Assembly (NCBI GenBank): GCA_964475415.1
Contig: CAYYWZ010000001.1
Location: 14,360 to 78,359 of the forward strand
DNA from: an uncultured Saprospiraceae bacterium
Lineage (GTDB): Bacteria; Bacteroidota; Bacteroidia; Chitinophagales; Saprospiraceae
Length of the DNA: 64,000 bases
Direction: 5' to 3'
The translations under genes were made by a program, and so were the position numbers. Below the pieces are notes generated by a model. That model was not told the DNA's origin, did not search any database, and saw only the letters and a list, made by a program, of their open reading frames with translations. This document shows, piece by piece, positions 28,034 through 38,415 of the stretch (position 1 is its first letter; each line of letters begins with the position of its first letter).

Positions 28034-29446
28034 ATGGATATCAGATTTTGTGGTGCTGCTAGAAACGTTACAGGAAGTTCTCATCTTATTACCTTAGATG
28101 ATGGTTATAAAATTCTATTAGACTGTGGACTTTTCCAAGGGAAAGGCATAGATGTTTGGAAAAATAATAATACTTGGTATCTGAAGCCTGGAGAAGTAGA
28201 CTGTCTTATACTGTCCCACGCTCATATAGATCATACGGGTAGAGTTCCTCAGCTTGTAAAAGATGGTTTTAAGGGTAACATATATTGTACTCACGCCACA
28301 AGGAGTTTATGCTCTATCATGTTATTAGATAGTGCTAAGATCCAAGAAAGAGATGTACAATGGCACAATAAAAAACTACTAAAAAAGAAAAAGAATAAAG
28401 GAAGGAAACTTAGAGAACCACTATATACTAGTAAGGATGTTTCTCCTGCCTTGTCACTATATGTAGGTTGTGGATACGAAAGGTGGGTAACTATAACGGA
28501 AGGTGTAGAAGTACTTTTTAGAGACATGGGCCATATTTTAGGAAGTGCCTCGGTAACCTTGAAAATCACCAGAAATGGAGAAACAAAACATATAGGTTTT
28601 ACCGGTGATATAGGCAGACCTAATAGACCGATTCTTAGAGATCCGAAGAAATTACCTGAGGTAGACTATCTTATATGTGAATCTACTTATGGTGATAAAG
28701 AACATGTTGCGCCACCTAAGCAGGTAGAACAATTTCTTGAGATCCTAGACGAAACATGTGTTAAGAAAAAGGGGAAACTGATCATACCAGCTTTCAGTGT
28801 AGGTAGAACACAAGAGATTGTATATATGCTAGACCAACTGGAATCTGCTGGAAAACTACCCAAAATACCAGTATATGTAGATAGCCCACTTGCCGTTAAT
28901 GCAACACAAGTGTTTGGATCACATCCAGAATGTTTCGATGATGAGCTAAGTGAATATCTGCTTGTCGACAAAAATCCTTTTGGCTTCAATGATCTGACCT
29001 ATATAAGAGATGTAGCAGAGTCTAAGGCACTAAACTCAATGAAGAAACCTTGTATCATTATCAGCTCGGCAGGTATGATGAATGCTGGAAGAATAAGACA
29101 CCATCTTTTTAACAATATCGAAAATGAGAAGAATACCTTCCTTATTGTAGGATATTGTTCCCCAGGCACTGCAGGAGGGATGCTACGAGCTGGAGTCTCT
29201 GAATTAAAAGTATTCGGCGAGATGAAAACAGTCAGAGCAGAGATAAAAGTTATGGACTCTTTCTCAGCACATGGTGACAGAGCAGAAATGTACGATTATA
29301 TAAAAAATCAGAAAAAGACCCTAAAACAACTCTTTCTTGTACATGGAGAATATGATACTCAGAAAGCTTTTAAAGAATATCTAGGTGAAAAAGGCTTTTC
29401 TAATATCGAGATACCTGATGCAGGACAAAGCATACAATTGCGCTAA
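28034..29446 (+). CDS. MBL-fold beta-CASP family RNA-metabolising hydrolase
   Basis: LSHAHIDHTG (HxHxDH), beta-CASP region ESTYGD, C-terminal SAHGD and LVHGE motifs. Confidence 0.8.
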   Translation: MDIRFCGAARNVTGSSHLITLDDGYKILLDCGLFQGKGIDVWKNNNTWYLKPGEVDCLILSHAHIDHTGRVPQLVKDGFKGNIYCTHATRSLCSIMLLDSAKIQERDVQWHNKKLLKKKKNKGRKLREPLYTSKDVSPALSLYVGCGYERWVTITEGVEVLFRDMGHILGSASVTLKITRNGETKHIGFTGDIGRPNRPILRDPKKLPEVDYLICESTYGDKEHVAPPKQVEQFLEILDETCVKKKGKLIIPAFSVGRTQEIVYMLDQLESAGKLPKIPVYVDSPLAVNATQVFGSHPECFDDELSEYLLVDKNPFGFNDLTYIRDVAESKALNSMKKPCIIISSAGMMNAGRIRHHLFNNIENEKNTFLIVGYCSPGTAGGMLRAGVSELKVFGEMKTVRAEIKVMDSFSAHGDRAEMYDYIKNQKKTLKQLFLVHGEYDTQKAFKEYLGEKGFSNIEIPDAGQSIQLR

Positions 29447-29526
29447 TGATTTCGTTTAGTTTTTGTATTATGTAATTTACCTTTGACGTTTTCGATGTAA
29501 TACATATAGTTACCAAAAATTATTAG

Positions 29527-31032
29527 ATGAAATACTTGTCTATTTTTATTGTACTACCGCTCCTATTCGCAGCTTGTTTAAATGAAGAATCATACGAATT
29601 TGCTGAAATAGACGGCACCTATTCTATCCCTCTGATAGATACGGAAATAAAGATGGTAGATATCACATCGTCATCCAGTAATGAAATAGATATTGTATCT
29701 GATGAAAATGATAGACTTACCGTTCTATACAATGGGGATGTTATCAGTCAGACGGTACTACAGATCTTCCCTCCTCTATTCTGGTTCAATGATATCCCTC
29801 TAACAGAGATTGCAGGCCCTGTAGATATTCCATTCGAAGTAGATTACAATCTCAAAAAAGCAATTTTTAAAGATTCACAAATAGCTTTTAAGTTTACTTC
29901 TATTTTTCCTGAAGATATAATTGTAACAGCTAAGCTTACTGAGGTATTTGACGAAGATGGCAATCAACTTACGCAAGAATTATTTATCCCTGGAAATGGA
30001 GGTGAACCGAGCTCAGTTGTAGGAGACACCTTAGAGCTAGAAGGCTATACTTTCATTACCGATACAAACGAATTATTATATGAGTACGATGCAAGGAAAC
30101 CCAATGGTGAGCAAGTACAACTAGACTATGCAGCTATGTATCTTGCTCAGCTTAACTTCTCCTATGTAGAGGGTTTCTTTGGAACTAGGGTATTTGATAT
30201 TATCGGAGATGCAATTACTGTTGGAGCGTTTGATAACTGGCTGAGTGGTGGTCTTATTTTTGAAGATCCAAAAGTAACTTTCCAAGTACAAAATTCTTTT
30301 GGCTTTCCAGTAAGATCTTTTATTGAACACATCACTGTAAAAACGATAACAGGAAGTGAATTTATATTAGATGGACCTAACATTCAAGAAGGTGTCTTGT
30401 TTAACTATCCTACTTTTGATGAGATAGGAGAAATTAAAAATACAGATTTTGATTACGATCGAACTAATTCTAATATCGGTGAGATATTCAACGAAAAAGC
30501 TGCATCTGTAATCTATGATGTCGATGCTATTATTAACTCACCACTAGATGATCAAATTATTGGGTTCTTAACAGATAGTAGTTTTTATAAAGTACAAGTT
30601 GCCCTAGAGATGCCGATGTTTGTAACCTTTAATGATCTTAAATTGACAGATACCTTTGACTTAGATCTAACGGAATATGAATCCTTCAATTCTGGCGAAT
30701 TAAAAATTATAAATCAAAATCTATTTCCTTTTAACATAGATCTTGAGGTCAAGTTTCTCGATGATCAAGATAACGAGGTAGCAGCCCTTTTCGATGGTGA
30801 TCTCAATATTGTCAGTGGTACGCTCCAGAACGATGGAAGTGTTATACCTTCGGATATCCAGACAGAGATTATTCCTATGGGTGAGACTAAATTTACAAAT
30901 TTCAAAAAAGCCAAAAAAGTGGCAATTATAAGCACCTTCTCAAATAACCCACTTTTCGAAAATGATCCTTTCTGGATTTTAGGAAATTACGGATTGAATA
31001 TGAAGATGGGATTAACCATCAGTAATGAGTAG
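29527..31032 (+). CDS. Lipoprotein of unknown function (501 aa)
   Basis: Lipobox LLFAAC; no motif I can assign. Overlaps the next gene by 8 nt. Confidence 0.5.
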   Translation: MKYLSIFIVLPLLFAACLNEESYEFAEIDGTYSIPLIDTEIKMVDITSSSSNEIDIVSDENDRLTVLYNGDVISQTVLQIFPPLFWFNDIPLTEIAGPVDIPFEVDYNLKKAIFKDSQIAFKFTSIFPEDIIVTAKLTEVFDEDGNQLTQELFIPGNGGEPSSVVGDTLELEGYTFITDTNELLYEYDARKPNGEQVQLDYAAMYLAQLNFSYVEGFFGTRVFDIIGDAITVGAFDNWLSGGLIFEDPKVTFQVQNSFGFPVRSFIEHITVKTITGSEFILDGPNIQEGVLFNYPTFDEIGEIKNTDFDYDRTNSNIGEIFNEKAASVIYDVDAIINSPLDDQIIGFLTDSSFYKVQVALEMPMFVTFNDLKLTDTFDLDLTEYESFNSGELKIINQNLFPFNIDLEVKFLDDQDNEVAALFDGDLNIVSGTLQNDGSVIPSDIQTEIIPMGETKFTNFKKAKKVAIISTFSNNPLFENDPFWILGNYGLNMKMGLTISNE

Positions 31033-32350
31033 CATAGAGCAAATGAAATTTAAGAACAGCACACTTTTAATTATTATAATCTTTTTTTCTTCTGGCCTTT
31101 TGGGCCAACATGAATTAGGAACATATATGTATCCTGAATTTGATTATAATTATAATCTAGTAGTAAATAAAGATAGCAGCGATCACAAACTTACCGTTAG
31201 TTCATCATATTACGCTAACTTTTCTTCTAACAGTATCAAACTAGATGACATCTCTGATAAGGCAGGCAATGTAAGAACAATAGACTTTGATAAGGGTGTA
31301 GACCTATTAGCAGATATAAACAGTTCTGAGTTTTACCAGTCCTATAATTTTTTACATCTTAATTATAATCTTTCCGCCGTACAGATAAAATTTGGTTATA
31401 ACTGGAGATCATCATTTGAGATAAATTATCCTAGAGCTTTATACGAACTACTAGCTAATGGGAATAATCAATTTGTAGGGCAAACTGTAGATATCGCACC
31501 AAGTCTTAATATAAGGTCATATCATGATATTTATGCTGGCTTCTCTGGCGAGTTTGGCAATTTACAAGTAGGAGCTAATGTTCATTTTTTATCTGGTACA
31601 GAAAATTTCATTCTAGAAAACGCTTCTATAGAACTAAGTATTTCTGATGAAATTTTTCAATTCGAATTAGAAAATAATATAGATGCTTATACAACTAGAA
31701 TTCTTTCTTATCAGTCTATTAGCGATGCAAGTTTTAGCTTTAGAGGACTGGATTTTAGAAATGCGTTTATAGGGAACTATGGTGTTGCTATAGATCTTAT
31801 GTTACGTTATGACCTAGGAGCTAAAACATCTATTTTTGCCTCTGTGTATGATCTAGGAAGCATTCAGTGGAACAACTCCAATAGTCAAAAACTATCTTCT
31901 ACTGGAACAGAAAATTATACTGGAATAGATATCGTCACCTACCTAGATATCGATGACAATCTTGCCTTACGAGATTCTATAGAATCTCTGCTGAGTATAC
32001 AAGAGGACACGCTAGCCTATACTACAGCATTGCGACCGGTTATCGCAGCTGGAGTACAGCATAAAATAAATGACAAATTAGATCTGAGTCTTATCATACA
32101 GAGTCAGCGGATAGCAGGTAGGAGATATAATAATTTCGCTGTGGGACTAAGACATAAGATATCGAAACAACTAAAAGTAGGTATACAATATAGTGTAAAA
32201 ACTAATACGTACAATAATATAGGACTCAACGGTTCTCTAGAGATTGCAGGTTTCCAACTATTTGCTATGGCTGATAATATTTTATCTGCTTTTAATCCTA
32301 CTGGCTCACAACAAATCAATGGTAGAATCGGTTTGAATTATCGAATTTAA
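31025..32350 (+). CDS. Predicted outer-membrane beta-barrel protein of unknown function (441 aa; DUF5723-like by memory only)
   Basis: Signal peptide (LLIIIIFFSSGLLGQ). Alternating-strand pattern throughout, ending in an aromatic-containing strand (INGRIGLNYRI). An alternative start is at MKFKN, 31043. Confidence 0.45.
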   Translation: MSSIEQMKFKNSTLLIIIIFFSSGLLGQHELGTYMYPEFDYNYNLVVNKDSSDHKLTVSSSYYANFSSNSIKLDDISDKAGNVRTIDFDKGVDLLADINSSEFYQSYNFLHLNYNLSAVQIKFGYNWRSSFEINYPRALYELLANGNNQFVGQTVDIAPSLNIRSYHDIYAGFSGEFGNLQVGANVHFLSGTENFILENASIELSISDEIFQFELENNIDAYTTRILSYQSISDASFSFRGLDFRNAFIGNYGVAIDLMLRYDLGAKTSIFASVYDLGSIQWNNSNSQKLSSTGTENYTGIDIVTYLDIDDNLALRDSIESLLSIQEDTLAYTTALRPVIAAGVQHKINDKLDLSLIIQSQRIAGRRYNNFAVGLRHKISKQLKVGIQYSVKTNTYNNIGLNGSLEIAGFQLFAMADNILSAFNPTGSQQINGRIGLNYRI

Positions 32351-32362
32351 AATATAACCAAT

Positions 32363-33388
32363 ATGAGTTTTTATAAATTATTGCCTTCTCTTCTTTTCGC
32401 TTTTGTCCTTATAGGATTTGTATCCTGTGGAGAAGAAGATCCCTTTATTCCTGAAGAAGAGGAAGAAGAAATGGGTCTCACTTGTGGATCAGAGATCTAT
32501 GGAGTTGATCTGTTTACAGATGTAAGTGTATCTACACATAAGTATGGAAATTCAGTAACTGTTCTAGGATTTCCTGCAGACCTCTTTATGGATGTATACG
32601 AACCTGTAGGTGACACGAGTACAAGCAGACCAGTTATTGCTTGGGCTTTTGGAGGATCCTTCCTAGGAGGTGATAAAGGTCAGATGGAAAATTTTGCTAG
32701 AGCTTATGCGCAGAAAGGATTTGTATGTGTAGCAGTAGATTACAGACTGTTAAGTATAGCTAATGGAATCCCAGATTCTGTAGCAGCATTAGACATAGCT
32801 GTAAAAGCATCGCATGATATAAAGGCTGCTGTCAGACATCTTAGAAGAGATGCGGCAACAGACAATTTATTTAATATAGATCCTGACAATATTTTCCTAG
32901 GAGGTCTCAGTGCAGGCGGGATTGCAGCAATGCAGGCCGCAGCATTTACGGAAGAAGATCTTACCGAAGCAGCTCCATTTATTGTGGATATAATAAATAA
33001 TAATGGTGGTGTAGAAGGTTTAAGTGGTGATGAAGAAAATCTAAGTTATTCATCTGCCGTTGCCGGTGTTATAAGTTTATCAGGAGCCATATATAATTTA
33101 GATTTTATAGATGCTGGCGATCCTCCGATCATAAGTTTTCATGGAAATGATGATGATGTTGTACCTTACAATTTTGGATTTGCTAATGTATTAGGAATCC
33201 CTCTTGTATCACTTAATGGTAGCGGTGTAGTACATCCACATTGTGAGTCTATAGGTCTAAAAAATGAATTATACACCATAGAAGGAGGAGATCATGTATT
33301 CATATATACAGAGGACGAATTCCAAGCAGACAGAGATGTTTTTGAGGATAATGCCGCTATGTTTCTTGCTGATATAATTTGCAAATAA
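32363..33388 (+). CDS. Lipoprotein alpha/beta-hydrolase (esterase/lipase type)
   Basis: Lipobox GFVSCG, oxyanion-hole-like FGGSFLGGD, nucleophile elbow GGLSAGG, HGNDDDVVP. Confidence 0.7.
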   Translation: MSFYKLLPSLLFAFVLIGFVSCGEEDPFIPEEEEEEMGLTCGSEIYGVDLFTDVSVSTHKYGNSVTVLGFPADLFMDVYEPVGDTSTSRPVIAWAFGGSFLGGDKGQMENFARAYAQKGFVCVAVDYRLLSIANGIPDSVAALDIAVKASHDIKAAVRHLRRDAATDNLFNIDPDNIFLGGLSAGGIAAMQAAAFTEEDLTEAAPFIVDIINNNGGVEGLSGDEENLSYSSAVAGVISLSGAIYNLDFIDAGDPPIISFHGNDDDVVPYNFGFANVLGIPLVSLNGSGVVHPHCESIGLKNELYTIEGGDHVFIYTEDEFQADRDVFEDNAAMFLADIICK

Positions 33389-33419
33389 AAAAAAATTCTT
33401 CTACCAATAATGTAAAAAA

Positions 33420-33456
33420 AGAGCTGCTACAATTTTTTGTAGCAGCTCTTTTTTTG
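33420..33456 (+). terminator. Intrinsic terminator of the 29.5-33.4 kb gene string
   Basis: agagctgctaca-attttt-tgtagcagctct is a 12-bp perfect stem followed by tttttt. Confidence 0.8.
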
Positions 33457-33649
33457 ACTTTACTTTATATTTATAATTTTCTTTCTTAAATAGAAAATGC
33501 GCTATGACCACTTTTATACTATTTAAAACAGCGGCAGGTTTAAAAATTTACTAAGACTGTTCTATCTAGATTGAAGATTTCATACATGGTGTATGCCCTG
33601 ATGGATATGGTGGATCTATTATAGAATATTTAGAAATAAATACGCTGGT

Positions 33650-33730
33650 CTAAATGTTTCGGATATAGTCTATAAAATAGAAACAGGAGGCAAGGTCTTC
33701 ACTGGAAAATTTATAGCTTCCAATGGTTAA
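33650..33730 (+). pseudogene. Possible orphan fragment of a T9SS C-terminal sorting domain
   Basis: The frame ending at TAA 33728..33730 reads ..LNVSDIVYKIETGGKVFTGKFIASNG, like the last strands of type-A sorting domains. No upstream gene body. A hairpin plus T-run follows at about 33832..33865. Confidence 0.3.
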
Positions 33731-34077
33731 TAATAGATGCACTATAATAGCAAAAGAAGAGGACTTTTCTGTTGTTACAGATTGAATACAAGAATCTTTA
33801 GTGGTTTTAAACACTATAAGAAGGTAATAAGGGGAGAGAATCACTAGATTTTCTCCCTTTTTTGCAGTACTAACATACTATTAACTGTCATATAAGTTAC
33901 ATGATGTTATAATTATATTTTATGTATATACTTTGTAAATATGTATAAATCATTGTTTTACAGGACTATATCAAACACTAATCAGCTTTTTAGTGATATG
34001 ATAACATACTATTAATAATTTCAAGAAACTTCTACACTTATATTATCGTTATATTAACGTAACCAATACTGAACCGA

Positions 34078-34389
34078 ATGGTAAATAATTCTGTAACGAA
34101 TTTTCAGGAATTAATGGACCAATGGGATTTGTTTTATAAAAAAAGCCTGCCTTTAGTTAGTGCTTTTTGTCAAAAGAGATATAAAAATCCTGTCAGATCC
34201 ATAAAATGTATGGAAAAGGCTTTTTTAAAGCTCTCGTTTGAATATCATAATCTATATGAAGAAGAACATCTAGCAATAATGGCTAGGTTATTCGATATAT
34301 TAGACGATATACAACCGAGCCTTACAGAAAAAGAAAATATTCATAATAATGCTTTCATCTTACTGAGTCAGTATTATTATCCTAACTAG
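34078..34389 (+). CDS. Orphan hypothetical protein (103 aa); weak sigma-70 region-2-like pattern
   Basis: An isolated ORF in a very AT-rich 1.1-kb gap. The pattern F.ELM..W..FY......V.AF........N......MEKAFLKL only loosely recalls ECF region 2. Confidence 0.3.
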   Translation: MVNNSVTNFQELMDQWDLFYKKSLPLVSAFCQKRYKNPVRSIKCMEKAFLKLSFEYHNLYEEEHLAIMARLFDILDDIQPSLTEKENIHNNAFILLSQYYYPN

Positions 34390-34548
34390 TAGCGTAGGTC
34401 TTTTTCTTTATTATTCTATAATCTGTCCTCCAGGTTAATGGCAATTCTACCTTTGTTTGTAAAATTTGCAATACTTACCAGATTACAAAAACCCTGATAT
34501 TATAATAGATCATTTTTTCTTAATATCTAAATAATTGATTTTTTTCTA

Positions 34549-35214
34549 CTATTTATTTATCCAATAAATAATTCTATTCCCCTTTATATTGTAGTAGCTG
34601 ACACTAGGAAAAATAGACTTGCATTTTTCTATGAGTACATTAGAATTCTGTAAATCTTCTTTAGTATCCGATAATATATTGTAAAGTAGTATGCCTCCTT
34701 TATGTACTTTATTTTTTAACTTATTCAAGAAAGATGTAGTCATAAACTTACTAGGCACATGCACATCTACAAAAACATCCATAGCAACTAGATCATATTT
34801 TTTAATATCCATATTGACATAATGAAAAGCATCTGTCGTTATAATATCTATAGGTGATTTTAATTCATCTAAAACGTACCTAGAAGCTAACCCACATATT
34901 TCCTCATCGATCTCTATGGCTGTATATCTGTAGTTTCTTTTGTACTTCTTTTCCAGCATATACGGTATAGAAGCCATGCCCATTCCTAAGATTAGAACCT
35001 CCTGTATATCGTACTGTTCGATTTTTAGCTTGTCAAAAGCTATCTTGAAATTATCATATTTATCTGCATAAGAATAGATCGCATTATTTGTACATAGCTG
35101 ATATCTACCATTACATAGCAACACAAATAGATCTTCATTCTGAGAGCTCTCTGTTTTTTCTATAAGCACATCATCGAAATAACTGTACCATTTTTTCCAG
35201 AGCGGCTGTTTCAA
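34549..35214 (-). CDS. Spermidine-synthase-like class I SAM-dependent methyltransferase-fold protein
   Basis: VLILGMGMASIPYML, YTAIEIDEEI, DLVAMDVFVD. Confidence 0.5.
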   Translation of the reverse strand: MKQPLWKKWYSYFDDVLIEKTESSQNEDLFVLLCNGRYQLCTNNAIYSYADKYDNFKIAFDKLKIEQYDIQEVLILGMGMASIPYMLEKKYKRNYRYTAIEIDEEICGLASRYVLDELKSPIDIITTDAFHYVNMDIKKYDLVAMDVFVDVHVPSKFMTTSFLNKLKNKVHKGGILLYNILSDTKEDLQNSNVLIEKCKSIFPSVSYYNIKGNRIIYWINK

Positions 35215-35243
35215 TTTTTTTTTTTAATTATTGCTTGTTATAA

Positions 35244-36452
35244 TTACGATTCCCAGGTACGGTACTTAGCACTGGCATGGAAAACATGTCCTAAGATTTT
35301 TCTGTCTTCCTCATCTAAGCTTAGATTTCTTCTAGCCATTACAATCTCTGCAACTTCTAGTTGCTTTTCTAACTTATAGGTTGTGTAGCCACTATTACCT
35401 CCCCATGAAAATGAAGGAACAAAGTTTCTTGGAAAACCACTACCAAACAAGTTTGCTGAAACACCTACTACAGTGCCTGTATTAAGCATGGTATTGATCC
35501 CGCATTTAGAATGATCTCCCATGATGAGACCGCAAAACTGCAATCCTGTAGGTTCGAATCGCTCAGTTGTATAGTCGTATAATTTTACCGGAGCATAGTT
35601 ATTCTTAAGATTAGAATTATTTGTGTCAGCACCTAGATTACACCACTCACCGAGCACTGCATTACCTAGGAAACCATCATGCGCCTTAGATGAATATCCT
35701 TGGATAACAACATTGTTTAGTTCGCCCCCTACTTTGCAATAAGGCCCTAGGGTAGTTCCTCCATATATTTTTGCCGCCATCTTCACAACACTATTTTCGC
35801 ACATAGCAAAAGGACCTCTTATGACACTACCTTCCATAATCTCCGCATCCTTACCTATGTATATAGGTCCAGTAGTTGCATTAAGAATAGCATGATTTAT
35901 CTTTGCTCCAGCTTCTATAAAAATATTATCTAAGCCAGAATATCTTACTGTATCATTTAAGGTAGCAGAGTCCCTTCCCTTGCTAAGCAAAAGAAAATCT
36001 TCTTCTATGGCCTCAGCGTTTGCCATAAAAATATCATGCGGTCTTTGTATCCTCCGCACTAAGTCGTCCTCATCAGATATATCTATACCTGCAAGCTGAC
36101 TTATATTTTGATCTCCTGCTAACAGTTCGAATTGTTTACGATCTATTCTAGCGGCTATAAGTGTATCGTTATATAAGATAGCCTCATTGTTATTAAGTCT
36201 TTTGATAAGATGTACAATCTTGTCATTAGGAAGTAGAGATCCGCTGATTACAATATTATCATCAGCTATCTTGATAGGGAACTTGGTGGAAAGATAGTCC
36301 TGCGTAATATAACTAGCTTCCCCGTCCAATCTTTTTTCCCACTTTTCTTTAATGGTAAGTATACCTACTCTTAATGCTGCAACAGGCTTAGTGTAACTAA
36401 GTGGTAGTAGAGAAGACCAATGTTCATCATCGAATAGGATCAGATTTTTCAT
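35244..36452 (-). CDS. GlmU-family protein (nucleotidyltransferase-like N-domain plus left-handed beta-helix)
   Basis: 402 aa. Hexapeptide-repeat region (IGKDAEIMEGSVIRGPFAMCENSVV..GGTTLGPYCKVGGELNN.VIQGYS.K.HDGFLGN.V.GEWCNLGA.T). Confidence 0.6.
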   Translation of the reverse strand: MKNLILFDDEHWSSLLPLSYTKPVAALRVGILTIKEKWEKRLDGEASYITQDYLSTKFPIKIADDNIVISGSLLPNDKIVHLIKRLNNNEAILYNDTLIAARIDRKQFELLAGDQNISQLAGIDISDEDDLVRRIQRPHDIFMANAEAIEEDFLLLSKGRDSATLNDTVRYSGLDNIFIEAGAKINHAILNATTGPIYIGKDAEIMEGSVIRGPFAMCENSVVKMAAKIYGGTTLGPYCKVGGELNNVVIQGYSSKAHDGFLGNAVLGEWCNLGADTNNSNLKNNYAPVKLYDYTTERFEPTGLQFCGLIMGDHSKCGINTMLNTGTVVGVSANLFGSGFPRNFVPSFSWGGNSGYTTYKLEKQLEVAEIVMARRNLSLDEEDRKILGHVFHASAKYRTWES

Positions 36453-36492
36453 CTGTATATTTATTTTGGTATGCTATGGAAAGATCTATATA

Positions 36493-36520
36493 TAAAAAAA
36501 GCCACGAAAAATTCGTGGCT
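36493..36520 (-). terminator. Intrinsic terminator of rpmE2
   Basis: gccacgaa-aaa-ttcgtggc is an 8-bp stem. On the minus strand it is followed by a 7-nt T-run (A-run 36494..36500 on the plus strand). Confidence 0.8.
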
Positions 36521-36529
36521 CTATTTATC

Positions 36530-36847
36530 TTAAGCTTCTGTTTTTTCTTCTGTATTCTCTTCTTCCTTCTTCTCAGCTTCTGGCCCAGCTTGCTTTTTAG
36601 CAAACCTTGCAAATTTCTTGTTGAACTTATCGATACGTCCAGCAGTATCTACAAACTTCATCTTTCCAGTAAAGAATGGATGAGACTTAGAAGATATCTC
36701 TAATTTGATAAGTGGATACTCGTTTCCGTCTTCCCAAGTAATCGTTTCCTTTGAAGGAGCACAAGACTTAGTAAGGAAAGCTTCATCGCAAGAGAAGTCC
36801 TTAAAAACCACGTATCTATATTCTTCAGGATGAATTCCTTTTTTCAT
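36530..36847 (-). CDS. rpmE2: 50S ribosomal protein L31, type B, with Lys/Glu-rich C-terminal tail
   Basis: [17 protein letters not shown]...[23 protein letters not shown] and no CxxC zinc motif, hence type B. The tail [23 protein letters not shown] makes it longer than I expect for L31. Confidence 0.9.
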   Translation of the reverse strand: MKKGIHPEEYRYVVFKDFSCDEAFLTKSCAPSKETITWEDGNEYPLIKLEISSKSHPFFTGKMKFVDTAGRIDKFNKKFARFAKKQAGPEAEKKEEENTEEKTEA

Positions 36848-37039
36848 GTTTCTTATTTTTTATGTAGGCCTTTTATCTAGTCATCATATATAGGACTGAA
36901 AACCAGTAAACCTCCTTAATATTAAATTTGGAGTGCAAATGTACATCAAAATTCTAAAAATGGCAATACAGAAATAAAATAAATTCACTGAAAAGGAGTA
37001 AATATTAGATATAAACACTAGAATTAGCCAACATATTTC

Positions 37040-37047
37040 TATTTTTG
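37040..37047 (+). promoter_or_regulatory. Bacteroidota -7 box (TAnnTTTG) upstream of metK
   Basis: tatttttg lies 41 nt upstream of the metK ATG. No clear -33 TTG found. Confidence 0.35.
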
Positions 37048-37087
37048 CACTCTTAAATGAATTTATTATTCGTTAAAAATATATCCA

Positions 37088-38344
37088 ATGCCTTATTTAT
37101 TTACTTCGGAGTCCGTTTCTGAAGGACATCCAGATAAAGTTTCAGACCAGATTTCTGATGCGCTTGTTGATCATTTCCTTGCCTTTGATCCACAGTCCAA
37201 AGTAGCTTGTGAAACCCTTGTAACAACTGGACAAGTTGTACTTGCTGGTGAAGTTAAGTCATCTACCTACTTAGATGTACAACAGATAGCTAGAGATGTA
37301 ATAAAAAGAATAGGCTATACGAAATCTGAGTATATGTTCGAAGCTAACTCTTGTGGTGTTTTTTCTTCTATACACGAACAATCTCCTGATATTAACAGAG
37401 GTGTCGAGCGTAAGAAAAAAGAAAACCAAGGGGCTGGTGACCAAGGAATGATGTTTGGTTACGCAACAAACGAGACGGAAAACTATATGCCTCTGGCACT
37501 TGATCTATCTCATAAGATCCTAGAAGAACTTGCCAAAATCAGAAAGGCAGGCAAAAAGATGACTTACCTGAGACCGGATTCTAAATCTCAAGTAACTATA
37601 GAATACGATGATAACAACAATCCGATAAGAATAGATTCTATCGTTGTCTCTACTCAGCATGACGACTTCGGGAAAGATTCTGTAATGCTTAAGAAGATAA
37701 AGGACGATGTGATCAATATGGTTATCCCTGCAGTAAAAAGAAAACTGAAGCCTTCTCTGAAGAAATTATTTACAGACAAGATTACTTATCATGTAAATCC
37801 TACAGGGAAGTTTGTGATCGGAGGACCCCATGGTGACACCGGTCTTACAGGGAGAAAAATAATTGTAGATACTTACGGTGGCAAAGGTGCTCACGGAGGA
37901 GGCGCATTCTCAGGAAAAGATCCTTCTAAAGTGGATAGATCAGCAGCATATGCAACTAGACATATTGCAAAAAATCTAGTAGCTGCAGGCATTTGTGACG
38001 AAGTATTAGTACAAGTATCCTATGCCATAGGTGTAGCTAAGCCTACTAATATATACATCAACACCTACGGAAGTGCGAAGGTAAACATGACAGATGGTCA
38101 GATTGCTAAGAAGGTAGAAAAGACCTTTGACATGAGACCTTACGCTATAGAAAAAAGACTTAAACTAAGGACTCCGATCTATTCCGAAACTGCGGCTTAT
38201 GGCCACATGGGTAGAAAGCCACAGAAAAAAACAGTAAGCTTTACAGACGGATCAGGAAAGGAGAAGACAATGAATGTAGAGACTTTTACATGGGAAAAAC
38301 TAGACTATGTAGACAAGGTGAAGAAAGCTTTTAAAATAAAGTAA
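37088..38344 (+). CDS. metK: S-adenosylmethionine synthetase
   Basis: [44 protein letters not shown]. Confidence 0.95.
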   Translation: MPYLFTSESVSEGHPDKVSDQISDALVDHFLAFDPQSKVACETLVTTGQVVLAGEVKSSTYLDVQQIARDVIKRIGYTKSEYMFEANSCGVFSSIHEQSPDINRGVERKKKENQGAGDQGMMFGYATNETENYMPLALDLSHKILEELAKIRKAGKKMTYLRPDSKSQVTIEYDDNNNPIRIDSIVVSTQHDDFGKDSVMLKKIKDDVINMVIPAVKRKLKPSLKKLFTDKITYHVNPTGKFVIGGPHGDTGLTGRKIIVDTYGGKGAHGGGAFSGKDPSKVDRSAAYATRHIAKNLVAAGICDEVLVQVSYAIGVAKPTNIYINTYGSAKVNMTDGQIAKKVEKTFDMRPYAIEKRLKLRTPIYSETAAYGHMGRKPQKKTVSFTDGSGKEKTMNVETFTWEKLDYVDKVKKAFKIK

Positions 38345-38369
38345 TCACCTTTCACGAGAGATACAATAA

Positions 38370-38399
38370 CCCTGACATGCATCGTATGTTGGGGTTTTT
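38370..38399 (+). terminator. Intrinsic terminator of metK
   Basis: ccctgacat-gcatcgt-atgttgggg is a 9-bp stem including two G-U pairs, followed by ttttt. Confidence 0.65.
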
Positions 38400-38415
38400 A
38401 TTTATATAAATATTT

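Noticed and set aside
35551-35560. tRNA T-arm-like string ggttcgaatc
   Set aside because: It lies inside the well-supported GlmU-like CDS on the opposite strand. No acceptor, D or anticodon arms can be drawn around it.
36848-37087. SAM riboswitch upstream of metK (and also upstream of the metY-like/metX genes at 17554..18142)
   Set aside because: I found no SAM-I core (no GAGGGA...GCAACC-type segments). The distance from the -7 box to the metK ATG is only about 40 nt, too short for an aptamer.
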